From Pyrobaculum sp. (GTDB taxonomy: Archaea; Thermoproteota; Thermoprotei; Thermoproteales; Thermoproteaceae), in assembly GCA_046293555.1 (NCBI GenBank), contig JBKBOT010000001.1, forward strand, positions 44,185 through 71,170: a DNA stretch of 26,986 nucleotides, in the 5' to 3' direction. The position numbers and the translations under genes are program-made. Of the stretch, positions 1 through 9,912 are shown one piece after another. Each line of letters opens with the position of its first letter. Positions within the stretch are counted from its first letter, which is position 1. The notes under the pieces are model-generated. The model was not told the origin of the DNA. It saw only the letters and a program-made list of their open reading frames with translations, and made no database searches.

Positions 1-255
1 GCATGGGCGTTGCCACAAATACTCAGCGCGGTGTTTACAGTCGGCGCCCCTGTCTACTATCCTGCTTACATCCTGCCGAGCCCCTATCTAGGCGTGGTCT
101 TGCCCACAGGCGCCGCGGCCATATTAATACAAGACGCCACAAGTCTAGCCACTTACGACCCCCAGCTGTTAGCCACAGCCGCCTTGACGCTAGCCGTCCA
201 GAGCTTAATAGGCCTCTTCTCTCTGGCTAAGTTAGCCCAGTGGAGACAGCCCTAG
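1..255 (+). CDS. Membrane protein, 5'-truncated (probable ABC-2 type permease C-terminus)
   Basis: Frame is open from base 1 (AWALPQILS...). Hydrophobic segments with a PVYYPxxxLPxP pattern typical of ABC-2 permeases. Stop overlaps the convergent gene at 252-255. Confidence 0.55.
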   Translation, partial: AWALPQILSAVFTVGAPVYYPAYILPSPYLGVVLPTGAAAILIQDATSLATYDPQLLATAALTLAVQSLIGLFSLAKLAQWRQP

Positions 256-581
256 ATATAAAGCGGCTGCGTGCCCCCAGACTCAGCCACCACCTCTATC
301 TCCACGCCGATGTAGGTAGACCTCAACGTCACTCTTACATACGGCGCGTCGGTAAGGTTCTTAACTCTTTCTAACAGCTCTACGGCAAGTTCTTCATGTA
401 GAATTTCTCTCCCCCTGTAGCTATCTACAACACGCCTAAACTCCTCTATAGACAACACGACGCCTTTAGGCACATATTCCACAGTGACTTCAAAAACGTC
501 TATAGTCTTACTAATGGGGCAGACCGCCTCGCCCCGTGTCTTCAGACGTACTAACTGCGGCGTCTTGGAAACTTTAAGCAT
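252..581 (-). CDS. queF-L: QueF-like (QueF-L) archaeosine synthase, T-fold amidinotransferase
   Basis: MLKVSK...VCPISKTID...ILHEEL: catalytic Cys, Asp and HEE motif of QueF/QueF-L in a 109-aa single T-fold. Start moved to ATG 581 because a TTTATATA box lies at about 599-607 on the minus strand. Confidence 0.88.
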   Translation of the reverse strand: MLKVSKTPQLVRLKTRGEAVCPISKTIDVFEVTVEYVPKGVVLSIEEFRRVVDSYRGREILHEELAVELLERVKNLTDAPYVRVTLRSTYIGVEIEVVAESGGTQPLYI

Positions 582-701
582 GTGAGATAAACCAGAGGTA
601 TATAAAAGCCGAAATTGTGCCACGGGCTTGTGGAACTTAGAGCCCCCTATTATTTAGAAGTCCACACAACAAATTATATATTTTGGCAGACGTCACAAGA
701 T

Positions 702-1859
702 GTGGATTTAAGTTTCAGCGGCGTTACTGTCATATATGGGAGGCCAGGCACTGGGAAGACCGCTCTCGCCATGCGGATTGCCTTTGAGCGAAGTCTAAAA
801 GGCGAAAAAGTCCTCTGGGTTTCTCTAAATGAAGACAAGGAGACCTTTCTAAAAAACGCGTCGGCGTTGGGGTATGACCTAAGGGAGATGGCCTTCTGGG
901 ATGTGATTTTTGTCAAGGCAGACGCCATGATGAACCAGATAATTTCTACAGTCACACAAGAGGACTACCACCTAATTGTGATAGACACAGTCTCTGCCCT
1001 CCTTGGGGGGCTCGTCCCGCCTCCCACAGGCGTGTTTCTCCCAAGGGAATTTCTCGTTAATGCCATATATCGCGTCTTTAAGCCGGCCAATATAGACCTT
1101 ATAGCAATTGCCGAAGAGGAGTCGGTAACGCCTCTTGACTATATAGCGGACAACTTGATAAGACTCGAGATGACAACTGAGGATCGGATTACCGAAAGGA
1201 GGCTATATGTCCTAAAGTCTAGAGGCCGCCGTGCAGGATTTTATGTGGAGTTTGACATCCTGGAGGGGCAGGGCATCGTGTTTATTGACGAGTTACCTAG
1301 GCCCAGCCCAAAAGGTCGCTGGGAGGCGTGGGTTGACGCCATTTCACAAGCCGTGGGGCCGCTAAAAGGCGGAAACTCCTACCTGTTTATAGGCAGGAGT
1401 CTTACGCCCATACTTGCCAAAGCCGCAGCGGAGTTATCTCAACAAGGCCGCAAGGTGTTATACAGAAGCTTTAAACACGACAGAGAGGAGCTGTCCAGCC
1501 TTATACAAAAACACGGCGGGAAGGCAGTAGTACAAAAAGTGACGCCGAGACCTCACAGCAACTTCCTCCACATGAAAGACCTATATGACGCTCTATCAAA
1601 CACCGACGCAGATGTGGTGATCTCAGATTTGGCCGACGCCGAGTTTCATCTCTACGGCATGAAGGCGCTGGAGATAAACATGAGGGAGATGGGGGAGCTA
1701 AAAGAACTCGGCATAGCGACAATCATAAGCTCGGAGAGAGGCTGGGGGCTTGAGATGGCGGCAGATGTGGTCCTACGCCGTGTGAAAAACCACATGGCTG
1801 TAGATTCTATAACTGGGAGGAAGATTTGTGAACTGGAGCCAACACGCCTATTGTGTTAA
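702..1859 (+). CDS. KaiC/RAD55-like RecA-superfamily ATPase with two domains, the second degenerate
   Basis: Walker A GRPGTGKT, Walker B LIVIDT, DYIADNLIRL and RRLYVLKSRG in the N-domain. The C-domain keeps VVISD and ADVVL but lacks Walker A. Start moved to GTG 702 (TATA-like AAATTATATA at 671-680). Confidence 0.8.
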   Translation: MDLSFSGVTVIYGRPGTGKTALAMRIAFERSLKGEKVLWVSLNEDKETFLKNASALGYDLREMAFWDVIFVKADAMMNQIISTVTQEDYHLIVIDTVSALLGGLVPPPTGVFLPREFLVNAIYRVFKPANIDLIAIAEEESVTPLDYIADNLIRLEMTTEDRITERRLYVLKSRGRRAGFYVEFDILEGQGIVFIDELPRPSPKGRWEAWVDAISQAVGPLKGGNSYLFIGRSLTPILAKAAAELSQQGRKVLYRSFKHDREELSSLIQKHGGKAVVQKVTPRPHSNFLHMKDLYDALSNTDADVVISDLADAEFHLYGMKALEINMREMGELKELGIATIISSERGWGLEMAADVVLRRVKNHMAVDSITGRKICELEPTRLLC

Positions 1860-1924
1860 TCCCCCCTCTAAAGATTTTGCGGGGGCTGTCTGGGAAGAAC
1901 ATAAAATTGTGACAAGTAGTTGGC

Positions 1925-3061
1925 GTGAGTTGTGTTAAAGTTGAGGGGAGGGCCTATGTGGGGACATTTAGGAGAGTCAAGATCGGGGGGGAGGGCTGTA
2001 GGGCTATCCAGCTCTCTAACGACTACCTAATCCTCCCCGGGATGGTGGATATCCATGTACATTTTAGGGACTGGGGGCTAGCCCACAAGGAGACGTTGGC
2101 GGGGGGCTCCGCCTCCGCTCTAGCGGGCGGCGTTGTGGCTGTAGGCGATATGCCGAACACAAGGCCCCACATAAGGACCGCCGAGCTGTATAGAAAGAGG
2201 CTTGAGGAGGGCAGCCGCCTCCCGATTTTATACAGATTACATATGGGCGTGCCGGAGGACCTGAGCCACCTCGAGACGGCGAGACCCCCCTCTGTGAAGA
2301 TATATCCGGAAGATATAGAAAGCTACGGGTGGGGACATGTGGAGGCCTTATTGAGGAAATGTGTGGAGCTTAGATGCATAGCTGTTTTCCACTGCGAGGA
2401 TCCTGCCCTGTTTAAAAACGGGGAGAGGCCACAGGAGGCTGAGGCATCGTGTGTAGAAAAGGTGAGGCTCTTGGCGAAAAAGACGGGGGCCCGGATACAT
2501 TTAACACACATAACTCTGCCATATGTCGCAGAGGCGTCTAGAGGGTGGGCCACAGTAGACGTAACGCCTCACCACCTCTATCTAGACGTAGAAAACTGTA
2601 GAGAGAAGGGCCTGTGTCTAGTAAACCCGCGGCTTAGAACTCCAGAGGTGAGAAGGGGGCTTCTGGCGGCGTTGGCCTCCGGCCTTGTGGACATATACGC
2701 CACAGACCACGCCCCCCACACTCTAGAAGAAAAGACGTCGGAGACGCCCCCGCCGGGGGTCTGTAGCCTTGAGGCCGCCTTAGGCCTTCTGTTGTCTCTA
2801 TGGAGGAGGGGAGTCATAACGCTACAAGACGTGGTGAGGCTTTATTCCAAAAGGCCGGCGTCTCTCCTCGGCGTGGATATAGACATGGGGAAAGAGTTTG
2901 CCATCGTGAAGCTAGAGGAGTGGACAGTAAGAGGGTCTGAGTTTGTGGGTAGCTGCAAGTTTACCCCACTTGAGGGACGGAAGGCGTTTGGCAGAGTTGT
3001 GGCCACGGCGGTGGGAGGCCGGCTTTATTTTAAAGACGGCGAGGTGTATTATCTAGACTAG
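1925..3061 (+). CDS. pyrC: Dihydroorotase
   Basis: PGMVDIHVHFRD, GDMPNT, FHCED, VTPHHL, VNPRLR and ATDHAPH amidohydrolase/DHOase motifs. Confidence 0.9.
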   Translation: MSCVKVEGRAYVGTFRRVKIGGEGCRAIQLSNDYLILPGMVDIHVHFRDWGLAHKETLAGGSASALAGGVVAVGDMPNTRPHIRTAELYRKRLEEGSRLPILYRLHMGVPEDLSHLETARPPSVKIYPEDIESYGWGHVEALLRKCVELRCIAVFHCEDPALFKNGERPQEAEASCVEKVRLLAKKTGARIHLTHITLPYVAEASRGWATVDVTPHHLYLDVENCREKGLCLVNPRLRTPEVRRGLLAALASGLVDIYATDHAPHTLEEKTSETPPPGVCSLEAALGLLLSLWRRGVITLQDVVRLYSKRPASLLGVDIDMGKEFAIVKLEEWTVRGSEFVGSCKFTPLEGRKAFGRVVATAVGGRLYFKDGEVYYLD

Positions 3062-3169
3062 CTTTTATTTCACATAGTCTTGTGGAACAAAGGGGCTATT
3101 TATATGGACGTTGGGAAAAATGTCGTTGTTTATACATAAGATTTAAATCTGTATGATAATTTATAGTAC

Positions 3170-3748
3170 ATGAGCCAGAAGAAAGACCGAATTAACATAG
3201 CGGTGGCGCGGGAAATCACGGAAAACCTGGCGAGGACTGCAGAGGAGCTGGGCATGACGCAATACGCTCTTGCGAACCAAATACTTGGCGTAGGCCTTGA
3301 GCTGATCCAACAGGGCTATAGCATCACGCAGATTCGCGACATTGCGCTCTTCTACAAGGTTATGGTTGAGCTCGAGACAGTCCCCATCCCCGGCAGGCTT
3401 TTAGACAAACTCGTTGTGGATATGTTTAAAGAAAAGCCGGAAGCCGTCCTAAAGGCGTGGTGCGACGGCGGGAAGATGTTAGCTAGCTACATAAAGGCGG
3501 TATTTGGAGAACTAGAAGGCGCGGTGGGGCTTTCCCAATATATAGCAAAGGTGGTGCCGGCAAAACGGTTTGAAGTAGATATAGCCGACGGCGAGTTTAA
3601 ACTAGAGACCATCGGCGTTGGGTATAGCATTGAGAGCGTAGAGGCCACAGCCAAGGCCGTCATATGTATGCTAGAGGAGCTGGGGTACGAGGTCAAGGAG
3701 ATAATAACTGCCCCCGGGATTTTGAAACTTAAGGCAGCGAGGCGTTAA
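3170..3748 (+). CDS. Hypothetical protein with probable N-terminal ribbon-helix-helix domain and V4R-like C-terminal domain
   Basis: RINIAV alternating strand followed by two helices (RHH-like). The C-terminal pattern W..GG...A.YI ... LEELGYEV.E.....GILKL resembles a V4R/H-NOX-like fold. TATA-like TTTAAAT at about 3142-3148. Confidence 0.6.
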   Translation: MSQKKDRINIAVAREITENLARTAEELGMTQYALANQILGVGLELIQQGYSITQIRDIALFYKVMVELETVPIPGRLLDKLVVDMFKEKPEAVLKAWCDGGKMLASYIKAVFGELEGAVGLSQYIAKVVPAKRFEVDIADGEFKLETIGVGYSIESVEATAKAVICMLEELGYEVKEIITAPGILKLKAARR

Positions 3749-5964
3749 TACACCTCCACGAAGTCTGTCGGCTTTGGAATCTCCTCTTTTAGTCCCTTCT
3801 TCTTTCTAAGCTGCTTGATGTAATCCAGCAGTATGGATTCCGGCATGGGGGCCCATCTTGAGAACTGCATGGACCAGAAGATCTTGCCTGCCGCAGCGGC
3901 GCGTAGCTCGTCGCTAATGTTAAACGACTCGAGAACTGGCAGCTCGGCCCTTAGATACGCCATGTATTCCTGTTGTATCATGTCGAGAATCTTGCCTCTA
4001 TGTTTGTTCAACACAGAGGTCACCGCGCCGATGTAGTCGGGGGCCACCTTTATGTCGAGTTTCATCAAGGGCTCTAGAAGCGTAGGCCTTGCAGAGAGAA
4101 ATGCCGCAAATATGGCGTTTTTTGTGGCGGGCATTATCTGCGCGGGGCCGCGGTGTGCCGGATCCTCGTGTACCACCGCGTCTACTAACACCACCTTTAC
4201 CCCCCTGAGCGGCTCTTGCGCCAACGGCCCAGCCTCTGTGGCCCACCTAAAGCCCTGGATTATGTAGTCTCTAATCTCCCTGAGGTACTGAATGCCGGAG
4301 GTCTTGTCCACAATTATGTTGAAATACCTGTCGTCAATTGCCCACACGCCCCTCGCCTCGTCTGTATCCCACCCCGCCTTTTCCCTCAATAGCTTCGCCC
4401 TCTCTCTGGGCTCCTGCTCCTCTGTAATTTCCTTAAGCGCTATAAGCTCTACAGTCGTCTCGTCGAGAGGCTCCACGTAGAAATACAGCCGGTTGTGTTT
4501 ATTAGGCGACTTGCCTTCCCACGTCTGCGACCTCTCTCTCACAGTCTCTCTAAATCTTATCAACGGCGGGGATACCGTAAACTCTGTCTTAGTCCTCTCC
4601 TTTAGAAGCCACGTGGCTATCTCCAGGTGGAGTGTACCCACGCCGGAGAGGAGTATCTGCCCCGTCTCCTGGTCTATCTTGAGGTCTAGCGTGGGGTCTT
4701 CAATCACCAGGTCTTTCAACGCCTCCACCAGTCGCGCCAACTCTGCCGGGTTTTTAGGCTCTATTGCCACAGTCACCACAGGCTCGGAGATGTAGCGCAT
4801 TTTTTCAAACGGCGGTATGTCAGAAAGCATGGGGCTAACCAACGTGTCGCCCGCCCTAGCCTCGTCTACGCCCATTAACGCCACGATGTTGCCAGCTGGC
4901 ATATACGGCACGATAATCCTGCTGGGTCCCATGTATATATATGTCTGCAGAACTCTCTTCTTTATCTTCCTCCCTATTATATACAGCTCGTCTCCCTCCC
5001 TCACGGTGCCTGAAAACACCCTGCCGGTGGCTATCAGCCCGGCGTGTGGATCTTTGTTCACCTTACTTACGGCAATTACGGCGGGGGCGTTGGGATCTGC
5101 CTCTAGGAGGGCCTTGCCAATTTCGCCGTCGAGATCTCCACGCCACAACCTGGGGATTCTATACCGCTGGGCCACGTTGGGAGGCGGCACATGTTCAATA
5201 ATCATAGACAGAATGGTTTTATACAGCTGAAACTCCTGCGCCAGTTGGTCTACATACCCCCTCTCATATGCGTCAACAATATTGCTAAACTTTACGCCAG
5301 CTTTCTGCGCCAGGGGGATGGTGATACCCCACTTATGGAGCGCAGAGCCCATAGCCATCTGGCCTTTGGCGGGGTCTATTTTCCACCTGTCTCTAAACTC
5401 CGGCGGTGCGAACATGTCGATCAGCGCGTTGAAGTCCTTCACGATGTTTAAAATCCGCTGTTGTATCTCCTGTGGCGACAGTCTGAGCTCCTTGATGAGA
5501 CGGTCGATCTTGTTTATAAATAAGACAGGCCTTACGTACTCCTCAAGCGCCTGTCTAACCACAGTCTCCGTCTGGGTCATCACGCCCTCTACCGCATCTA
5601 CTACCACCAAGCCGCCGTCCATAACTCTTAACGACCTGGTGACATGGCCTGTGAAATCCACATGCCCCGGCGTGTCCACAAAGTTTACGAGATAGGGCTT
5701 CCCGCTGTACTCAAAATACAGCGAGATGTTAGCAGCCTTTACAGTCATTTGTCTCAACTGTTCGATAGGGACGTAGTCCATAGCCAACGCCTTGCCGGCA
5801 ACTTTAGGCGAAAGCAGCCCGGCGCCCATAAGCAACGAGTCGCTGGTGGTAGTCTTGCCGTGATCTACGTGAGCCAACGTGCCGGCGTTTCGTATCTGCG
5901 CCGGGTTTTTGGCAATAGCCAAGATCTCGTCTAGCTGTTTCTCCACTATTCTGACTGAAGACAT
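3745..5964 (-). CDS. fusA: Translation elongation factor aEF-2
   Basis: AHVDHGKTT, DTPGHVDF and NKID GTPase motifs. HEDPAHRG diphthamide loop. 739 aa. Confidence 0.98.
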   Translation of the reverse strand: MSSVRIVEKQLDEILAIAKNPAQIRNAGTLAHVDHGKTTTSDSLLMGAGLLSPKVAGKALAMDYVPIEQLRQMTVKAANISLYFEYSGKPYLVNFVDTPGHVDFTGHVTRSLRVMDGGLVVVDAVEGVMTQTETVVRQALEEYVRPVLFINKIDRLIKELRLSPQEIQQRILNIVKDFNALIDMFAPPEFRDRWKIDPAKGQMAMGSALHKWGITIPLAQKAGVKFSNIVDAYERGYVDQLAQEFQLYKTILSMIIEHVPPPNVAQRYRIPRLWRGDLDGEIGKALLEADPNAPAVIAVSKVNKDPHAGLIATGRVFSGTVREGDELYIIGRKIKKRVLQTYIYMGPSRIIVPYMPAGNIVALMGVDEARAGDTLVSPMLSDIPPFEKMRYISEPVVTVAIEPKNPAELARLVEALKDLVIEDPTLDLKIDQETGQILLSGVGTLHLEIATWLLKERTKTEFTVSPPLIRFRETVRERSQTWEGKSPNKHNRLYFYVEPLDETTVELIALKEITEEQEPRERAKLLREKAGWDTDEARGVWAIDDRYFNIIVDKTSGIQYLREIRDYIIQGFRWATEAGPLAQEPLRGVKVVLVDAVVHEDPAHRGPAQIMPATKNAIFAAFLSARPTLLEPLMKLDIKVAPDYIGAVTSVLNKHRGKILDMIQQEYMAYLRAELPVLESFNISDELRAAAAGKIFWSMQFSRWAPMPESILLDYIKQLRKKKGLKEEIPKPTDFVEVY

Positions 5965-5992
5965 GGCCGTGTGGAATCTCTATTATATATAC

Positions 5993-6586
5993 TTAAAGCC
6001 TCTGGAGGAAATAGGCATGTAGGACGGCGGTAGATAGCTCTGGGTGAAACGTGGTGGCTAGATGAGGCCCTTGCGACACCACGGCCGCGGTACGGCCGAA
6101 AGCCGGGGTATCCACATAGGCAAGCGGCTCCGCCTGCCCCCAAGTCCTCACGATTGCGGGAGCCCTTATAAACACGGCCCCCACCTCCCCCACCCCCCTT
6201 ACCTCCAACACGGCCTCAAAGGAGTTTTTCTGCCTCCCATATGCGTTCCTCACCACCTCGATGTCTAACACCCCCAAGACCTTCTGCCTCGTGGCGCCAA
6301 CCGCCGCATCTCTAACCGCCTTAGCCAGAAAGATGGTTCCAGCACATGTGGCAAACACCGGAAGTCCCCCCTCCATGCCTTCTTTCAGCCTGTCGGCAAA
6401 GGGGGCTAGTACGGAAAAGGTGGTAGACTCCCCCCCTGGCAGAAATAAAGCAGAGAGCTGGCCGAGGTCTCTAGCTTTTTTCACCCTGACGACCTCTATA
6501 GATCTGCCCAACTCGGCGGCGGCCTTCCTTATTGCATGTTCATGTTCCTCCACGTCGCCCTGTAGAGCCAATATGCCGACTCTCAC
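5993..6586 (-). CDS. pdxT: Pyridoxal 5'-phosphate synthase glutaminase subunit
   Basis: [33 protein letters not shown] and FHPEL motifs. 4-nt overlap with pdxS. Confidence 0.95.
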   Translation of the reverse strand: MRVGILALQGDVEEHEHAIRKAAAELGRSIEVVRVKKARDLGQLSALFLPGGESTTFSVLAPFADRLKEGMEGGLPVFATCAGTIFLAKAVRDAAVGATRQKVLGVLDIEVVRNAYGRQKNSFEAVLEVRGVGEVGAVFIRAPAIVRTWGQAEPLAYVDTPAFGRTAAVVSQGPHLATTFHPELSTAVLHAYFLQRL

Positions 6587-7572
6587 AACCCTCTAGTCTG
6601 TAATAACTCTTCCGGCTTGAGGGTCCTCACGTCTATTCCCATCATGGCGCCCTTCTCGCTAACCATACGTTGGGCCTCCACAACGGCCTCGGGATCGTCC
6701 CAATGGGCGGTGGCGTAGACAATCGCCTTGGCTCTCTCCAACGGGTCTTGGCTCTTAAATATGCCAGAGCCTACAAACACGCCGTCGGCGCCAAGCCACA
6801 TCATCAAGGCAGCGTCGGCAGGGGTGGCTATCCCCCCAGCCGCAAAGGTCACCACCGGCAGCCTCCCCAGCTTTGCCGTCAACGCCACTAGCTCTGGGGG
6901 CACTTGACACTGTCTCGAGAAGTCTCTTACCCTCTCCTCATCTCTCGTGAGTGAACGTATGGCGCCCATAATGGATTTGAAGTGTTTTACGGCCTCAGCC
7001 ACGTTGCCCGTACCCGCCTCGCCTTTAGATCTAATCATGGCGGCGCCTTCTGTAATCCTCCGCAGGGCCTCACAGAGCTCTCTGGCGCCGTTTACAAAAG
7101 GCACGTCGAAAAGCCACTTGTTTATATGGTGTTGTTCGTCTACTGGCGTTAACACTTCAGACTCGTCAATTAGGTCCACCCCTATGGACTCCAGAAGAAA
7201 GGCCTCGTAGTAGTGGCCAATTCTCACCTTAGCCGAGACGGGGATGGTGATATGCGCCATGATCTCCTCGACGACCTTTATGTCTGCAGTTCTCGCCACG
7301 CCCCCAGCCTTCCTCACGTCGTAGGGCAGTTTGTCCAGCACCATAACTCCCACAGCCCCCGCCTCCTCAGCTATCTGCGCCTGTTCCACATTAGTTACGT
7401 CCATTATGACGCCGTGTTTCAACATGGCGGGAAAGCCGTATTTTACAGAAAGCGGGGCGGCCCCCCCACCCCACTTGAGGCCGCCTTCCCTAAGCCTATC
7501 TCTAATCTCCAGCAGGTCATAAAATAAAGACCTCAACCTTTCTAACACCTCCAGCGAGTTGACAATCGACAT
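6583..7572 (-). CDS. pdxS: Pyridoxal 5'-phosphate synthase lyase subunit
   Basis: [41 protein letters not shown] and GVFVGSGIF motifs. Confidence 0.97.
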   Translation of the reverse strand: MSIVNSLEVLERLRSLFYDLLEIRDRLREGGLKWGGGAAPLSVKYGFPAMLKHGVIMDVTNVEQAQIAEEAGAVGVMVLDKLPYDVRKAGGVARTADIKVVEEIMAHITIPVSAKVRIGHYYEAFLLESIGVDLIDESEVLTPVDEQHHINKWLFDVPFVNGARELCEALRRITEGAAMIRSKGEAGTGNVAEAVKHFKSIMGAIRSLTRDEERVRDFSRQCQVPPELVALTAKLGRLPVVTFAAGGIATPADAALMMWLGADGVFVGSGIFKSQDPLERAKAIVYATAHWDDPEAVVEAQRMVSEKGAMMGIDVRTLKPEELLQTRGL

Positions 7573-7592
7573 GTGTGTTCAATAAGTCAAAA

Positions 7593-8234
7593 TTAAAAAC
7601 TTAACCAAAGGTAAAACATGCGGGAAAGCTCAAGCAGGTAGCCAAAGACGTCGCCGTTGGCGCCCCCCAGATGTCTATATGCCATATAGAAAAACAGTAT
7701 GGCCAAAACCGCTGCCACAAGCGACATGGGGCTTAGCCACACAGTAGCTGCAAGAGCCGGCAACACGAGAGGCCACCGGCGTCTAGACGCGTAGATAAAC
7801 GCCTCCCCAAGGCCAGGCTTAAAGGGCTTGCTAAATGCCGCCGCCACGACGGTAATGGCCTTAGAGAAGACCTCCGCCGCGATTAGTTGGAGAGGGGTAT
7901 GTATGCTAGAAGACGCCACGAGAAAAGAGGCGGCCACCGCAAAGATGCCAGCAGTGCCCTTCCTCGGATCTTCCAACACAGCTCTAGCTCTCTCCCGATT
8001 TCTAACCATAAGCGCGTCAGCCACGTCGGCAAGCCCGTCTAGATGATTTAATCCGGTCATTAATAACAACACGGCGTAGACAACATATGGCGACATCCCG
8101 AGGTATGTCAACGCCGCAGCTGGCGCGGCCACCACAGGGGCGACGACGTAGGGGAGGGCCCATATGCACGTGAAGTCAAGCTTAGCGGGAACTGGGATAA
8201 CTGTAAAAAAGCCGAAAAGCGGCTTTAAACACAT
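7593..8234 (-). CDS. cobS: Adenosylcobinamide-GDP ribazoletransferase (cobalamin synthase)
   Basis: FFTVIP, TGLNHLDGLADVADAL, DPRKGTAG and GGANGDVFG motifs in a membrane protein. Confidence 0.9.
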   Translation of the reverse strand: MCLKPLFGFFTVIPVPAKLDFTCIWALPYVVAPVVAAPAAALTYLGMSPYVVYAVLLLMTGLNHLDGLADVADALMVRNRERARAVLEDPRKGTAGIFAVAASFLVASSSIHTPLQLIAAEVFSKAITVVAAAFSKPFKPGLGEAFIYASRRRWPLVLPALAATVWLSPMSLVAAVLAILFFYMAYRHLGGANGDVFGYLLELSRMFYLWLSF

Positions 8235-9118
8235 ACAGCCTCTATGAGCATATCGTTAAGCTGAGGGGTCTTAATTGAGGCCCTAAACCCGTCGACACCG
8301 CGGTCTTCGAGCGTTCTCACCTTCACCCCCCTGGGAGGGGGGCCGTAAACCACGAAAAAATGCACGTCGGTAGGCTCTGTCTTCCTACAGCTAGCCACCG
8401 CGCTCCAAACTCTCGGCAGCTCCTCGCCTATATACCGCACCGTCTTTGCCTTATGTCTCCTCAGCCCGTCAGCCCCCATCATATAGATGGCGTAGTCCGC
8501 CACGGAGTTCACCTGCCAGGGGGCTTTAAGCTCCTGCCTTACCTCTCCAACCACGGCGCCGACGCGGAGACCCGGCGCAGCCAGAAGTTTGCCATAGGAC
8601 TTCACCACCGGAACGTCTGGCGCCGCCGTGGGGCAGTTACAAAAGTCTATAAAGGACTCGTCCACTACAAGCCTAGCCCCACGTATCTCTAGACGTTTTG
8701 ACAACTCCAGTAACACATCTCTTGGCGTATATCTCCCCGCGGGGTTGCTGGGATTTGACAACACCACCACGTCCCCCGCCTCTGCTCTCTCCACGCCAAA
8801 GACGTGGGGGATGCCCAACAGCTTGGCGATACGGATGTAGTCTCTATACTCAAGCTCCGGCGTGACCAGCCTCCTTGCCCTTATAGACGCCAATAGAGCC
8901 AAGGCGGCCTCCGTGGCGCCGTTGAAGACAGCCACCGGCAGGTCCTCGTATTGGCTTAACGTCTCCTCGGCCAAATTCGCCGGAAACTTCAGATATACCC
9001 CCCTCCCCACGGCCTCTCTAGCCAGCTCTATCAACTCAGGTGGGGGCCCTATGGGGTTTAGATTATCTGAAAAATCTACAGCCACCCCCTCGGCCCAGCT
9101 ACTGCCGCCGTGTTTCAT
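8225..9118 (-). CDS. cobD: L-threonine-O-3-phosphate decarboxylase-like PLP enzyme
   Basis: HGG...DFSDNLNP, NGATE, NPSNPAG, VVDESFIDF and KSYGKLLAAPGLRVG motifs. Translationally coupled to cobS. Confidence 0.8.
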   Translation of the reverse strand: MKHGGSSWAEGVAVDFSDNLNPIGPPPELIELAREAVGRGVYLKFPANLAEETLSQYEDLPVAVFNGATEAALALLASIRARRLVTPELEYRDYIRIAKLLGIPHVFGVERAEAGDVVVLSNPSNPAGRYTPRDVLLELSKRLEIRGARLVVDESFIDFCNCPTAAPDVPVVKSYGKLLAAPGLRVGAVVGEVRQELKAPWQVNSVADYAIYMMGADGLRRHKAKTVRYIGEELPRVWSAVASCRKTEPTDVHFFVVYGPPPRGVKVRTLEDRGVDGFRASIKTPQLNDMLIEAVCV

Positions 9119-9714
9119 AACAAAGCTATGTGGTAGCCCCCCACCTCTACCGCAGGCCTACAGTTCACAGCCACCTCCGCCCCCAACGCCCTCACCACCT
9201 GGCTGTGGTACTCTCCAGATTCCCCCGCCGGGTCAAAACCCAGCCTCCTGGCGGCCTGCAGGAAATCCTCCACGTTGTCTCTACCCACCCTACGGCAAAG
9301 CAGCTCTCTCCGCCCGGCGCCAATAACTATAAACTCCAACACCTCCACCTCTCTCCGCACTAGCTCCTCTCTGTCCATCCCCCATAAAGGCTCTTTTAGA
9401 GAAGCCCCCACCTCAGCCGCCAGCCTCTCCATATATTTGAGGTGCTCCTCCACATCCACATCGCCGGCCACAATAGTGCCCACGCCCAGAGATCTCAACA
9501 ACTTGACCTTCTCCTCAAACTCCCGGCCGCGAGTTAGACGTTTTACCAACACGGGGACAAGCGCCGCCCCGAACTCCACAGCCTTGCCCATGTTTAAAAT
9601 ATGTGGAGAGGGGCGGGGAAACTCATACACAAGAAACAGAAACATATCCACAGGCCACACCCTCCACGCAGCGTAGATCGAGTCCTTCCCCCCGCTATAC
9701 ATCGCCACCTTCAC
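9115..9714 (-). CDS. DUF71/Dph6-family PP-loop ATPase (diphthine-ammonia ligase-like)
   Basis: YSGGKDS PP-loop, VAGDV...H, EPLWG and DPAGESGEYHS motifs. Start moved to GTG 9714 (TATA at about 9731-9740 on the minus strand). Confidence 0.82.
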   Translation of the reverse strand: MKVAMYSGGKDSIYAAWRVWPVDMFLFLVYEFPRPSPHILNMGKAVEFGAALVPVLVKRLTRGREFEEKVKLLRSLGVGTIVAGDVDVEEHLKYMERLAAEVGASLKEPLWGMDREELVRREVEVLEFIVIGAGRRELLCRRVGRDNVEDFLQAARRLGFDPAGESGEYHSQVVRALGAEVAVNCRPAVEVGGYHIALL

Positions 9715-9912
9715 GACACAAAAGACAACATATATAAATTGTACATACATCCACTGTAAAACATCGTACCCACAACTCTTGCAAGGATATAAAGCCATAA
9801 AGAGCACCAAACGATGTTTGCCTACTAATTAAGACAAACCTGCACTCAACCTGACGATTTTCTAAAAACAATTATTGCATAACGTAAAACTATGTGTAGT
9901 ATTATGAAGATC

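Noticed and set aside
3833-5934. Many plus-strand ORFs (60-137 aa) antisense to fusA, and similar ones opposite pdxS, thiC, lysJ, mntH and the radical SAM gene
   Set aside because: They are shadow ORFs of well-supported genes and carry no motifs.
9715-9810. N-terminal extension with CKSC on the DUF71 ORF, and similar extensions on QueF-L, the KaiC-like gene, thiC and cobT
   Set aside because: Family similarity starts at downstream starts, which in most cases have a TATA box at the expected distance. The extensions are longest-ORF artefacts.
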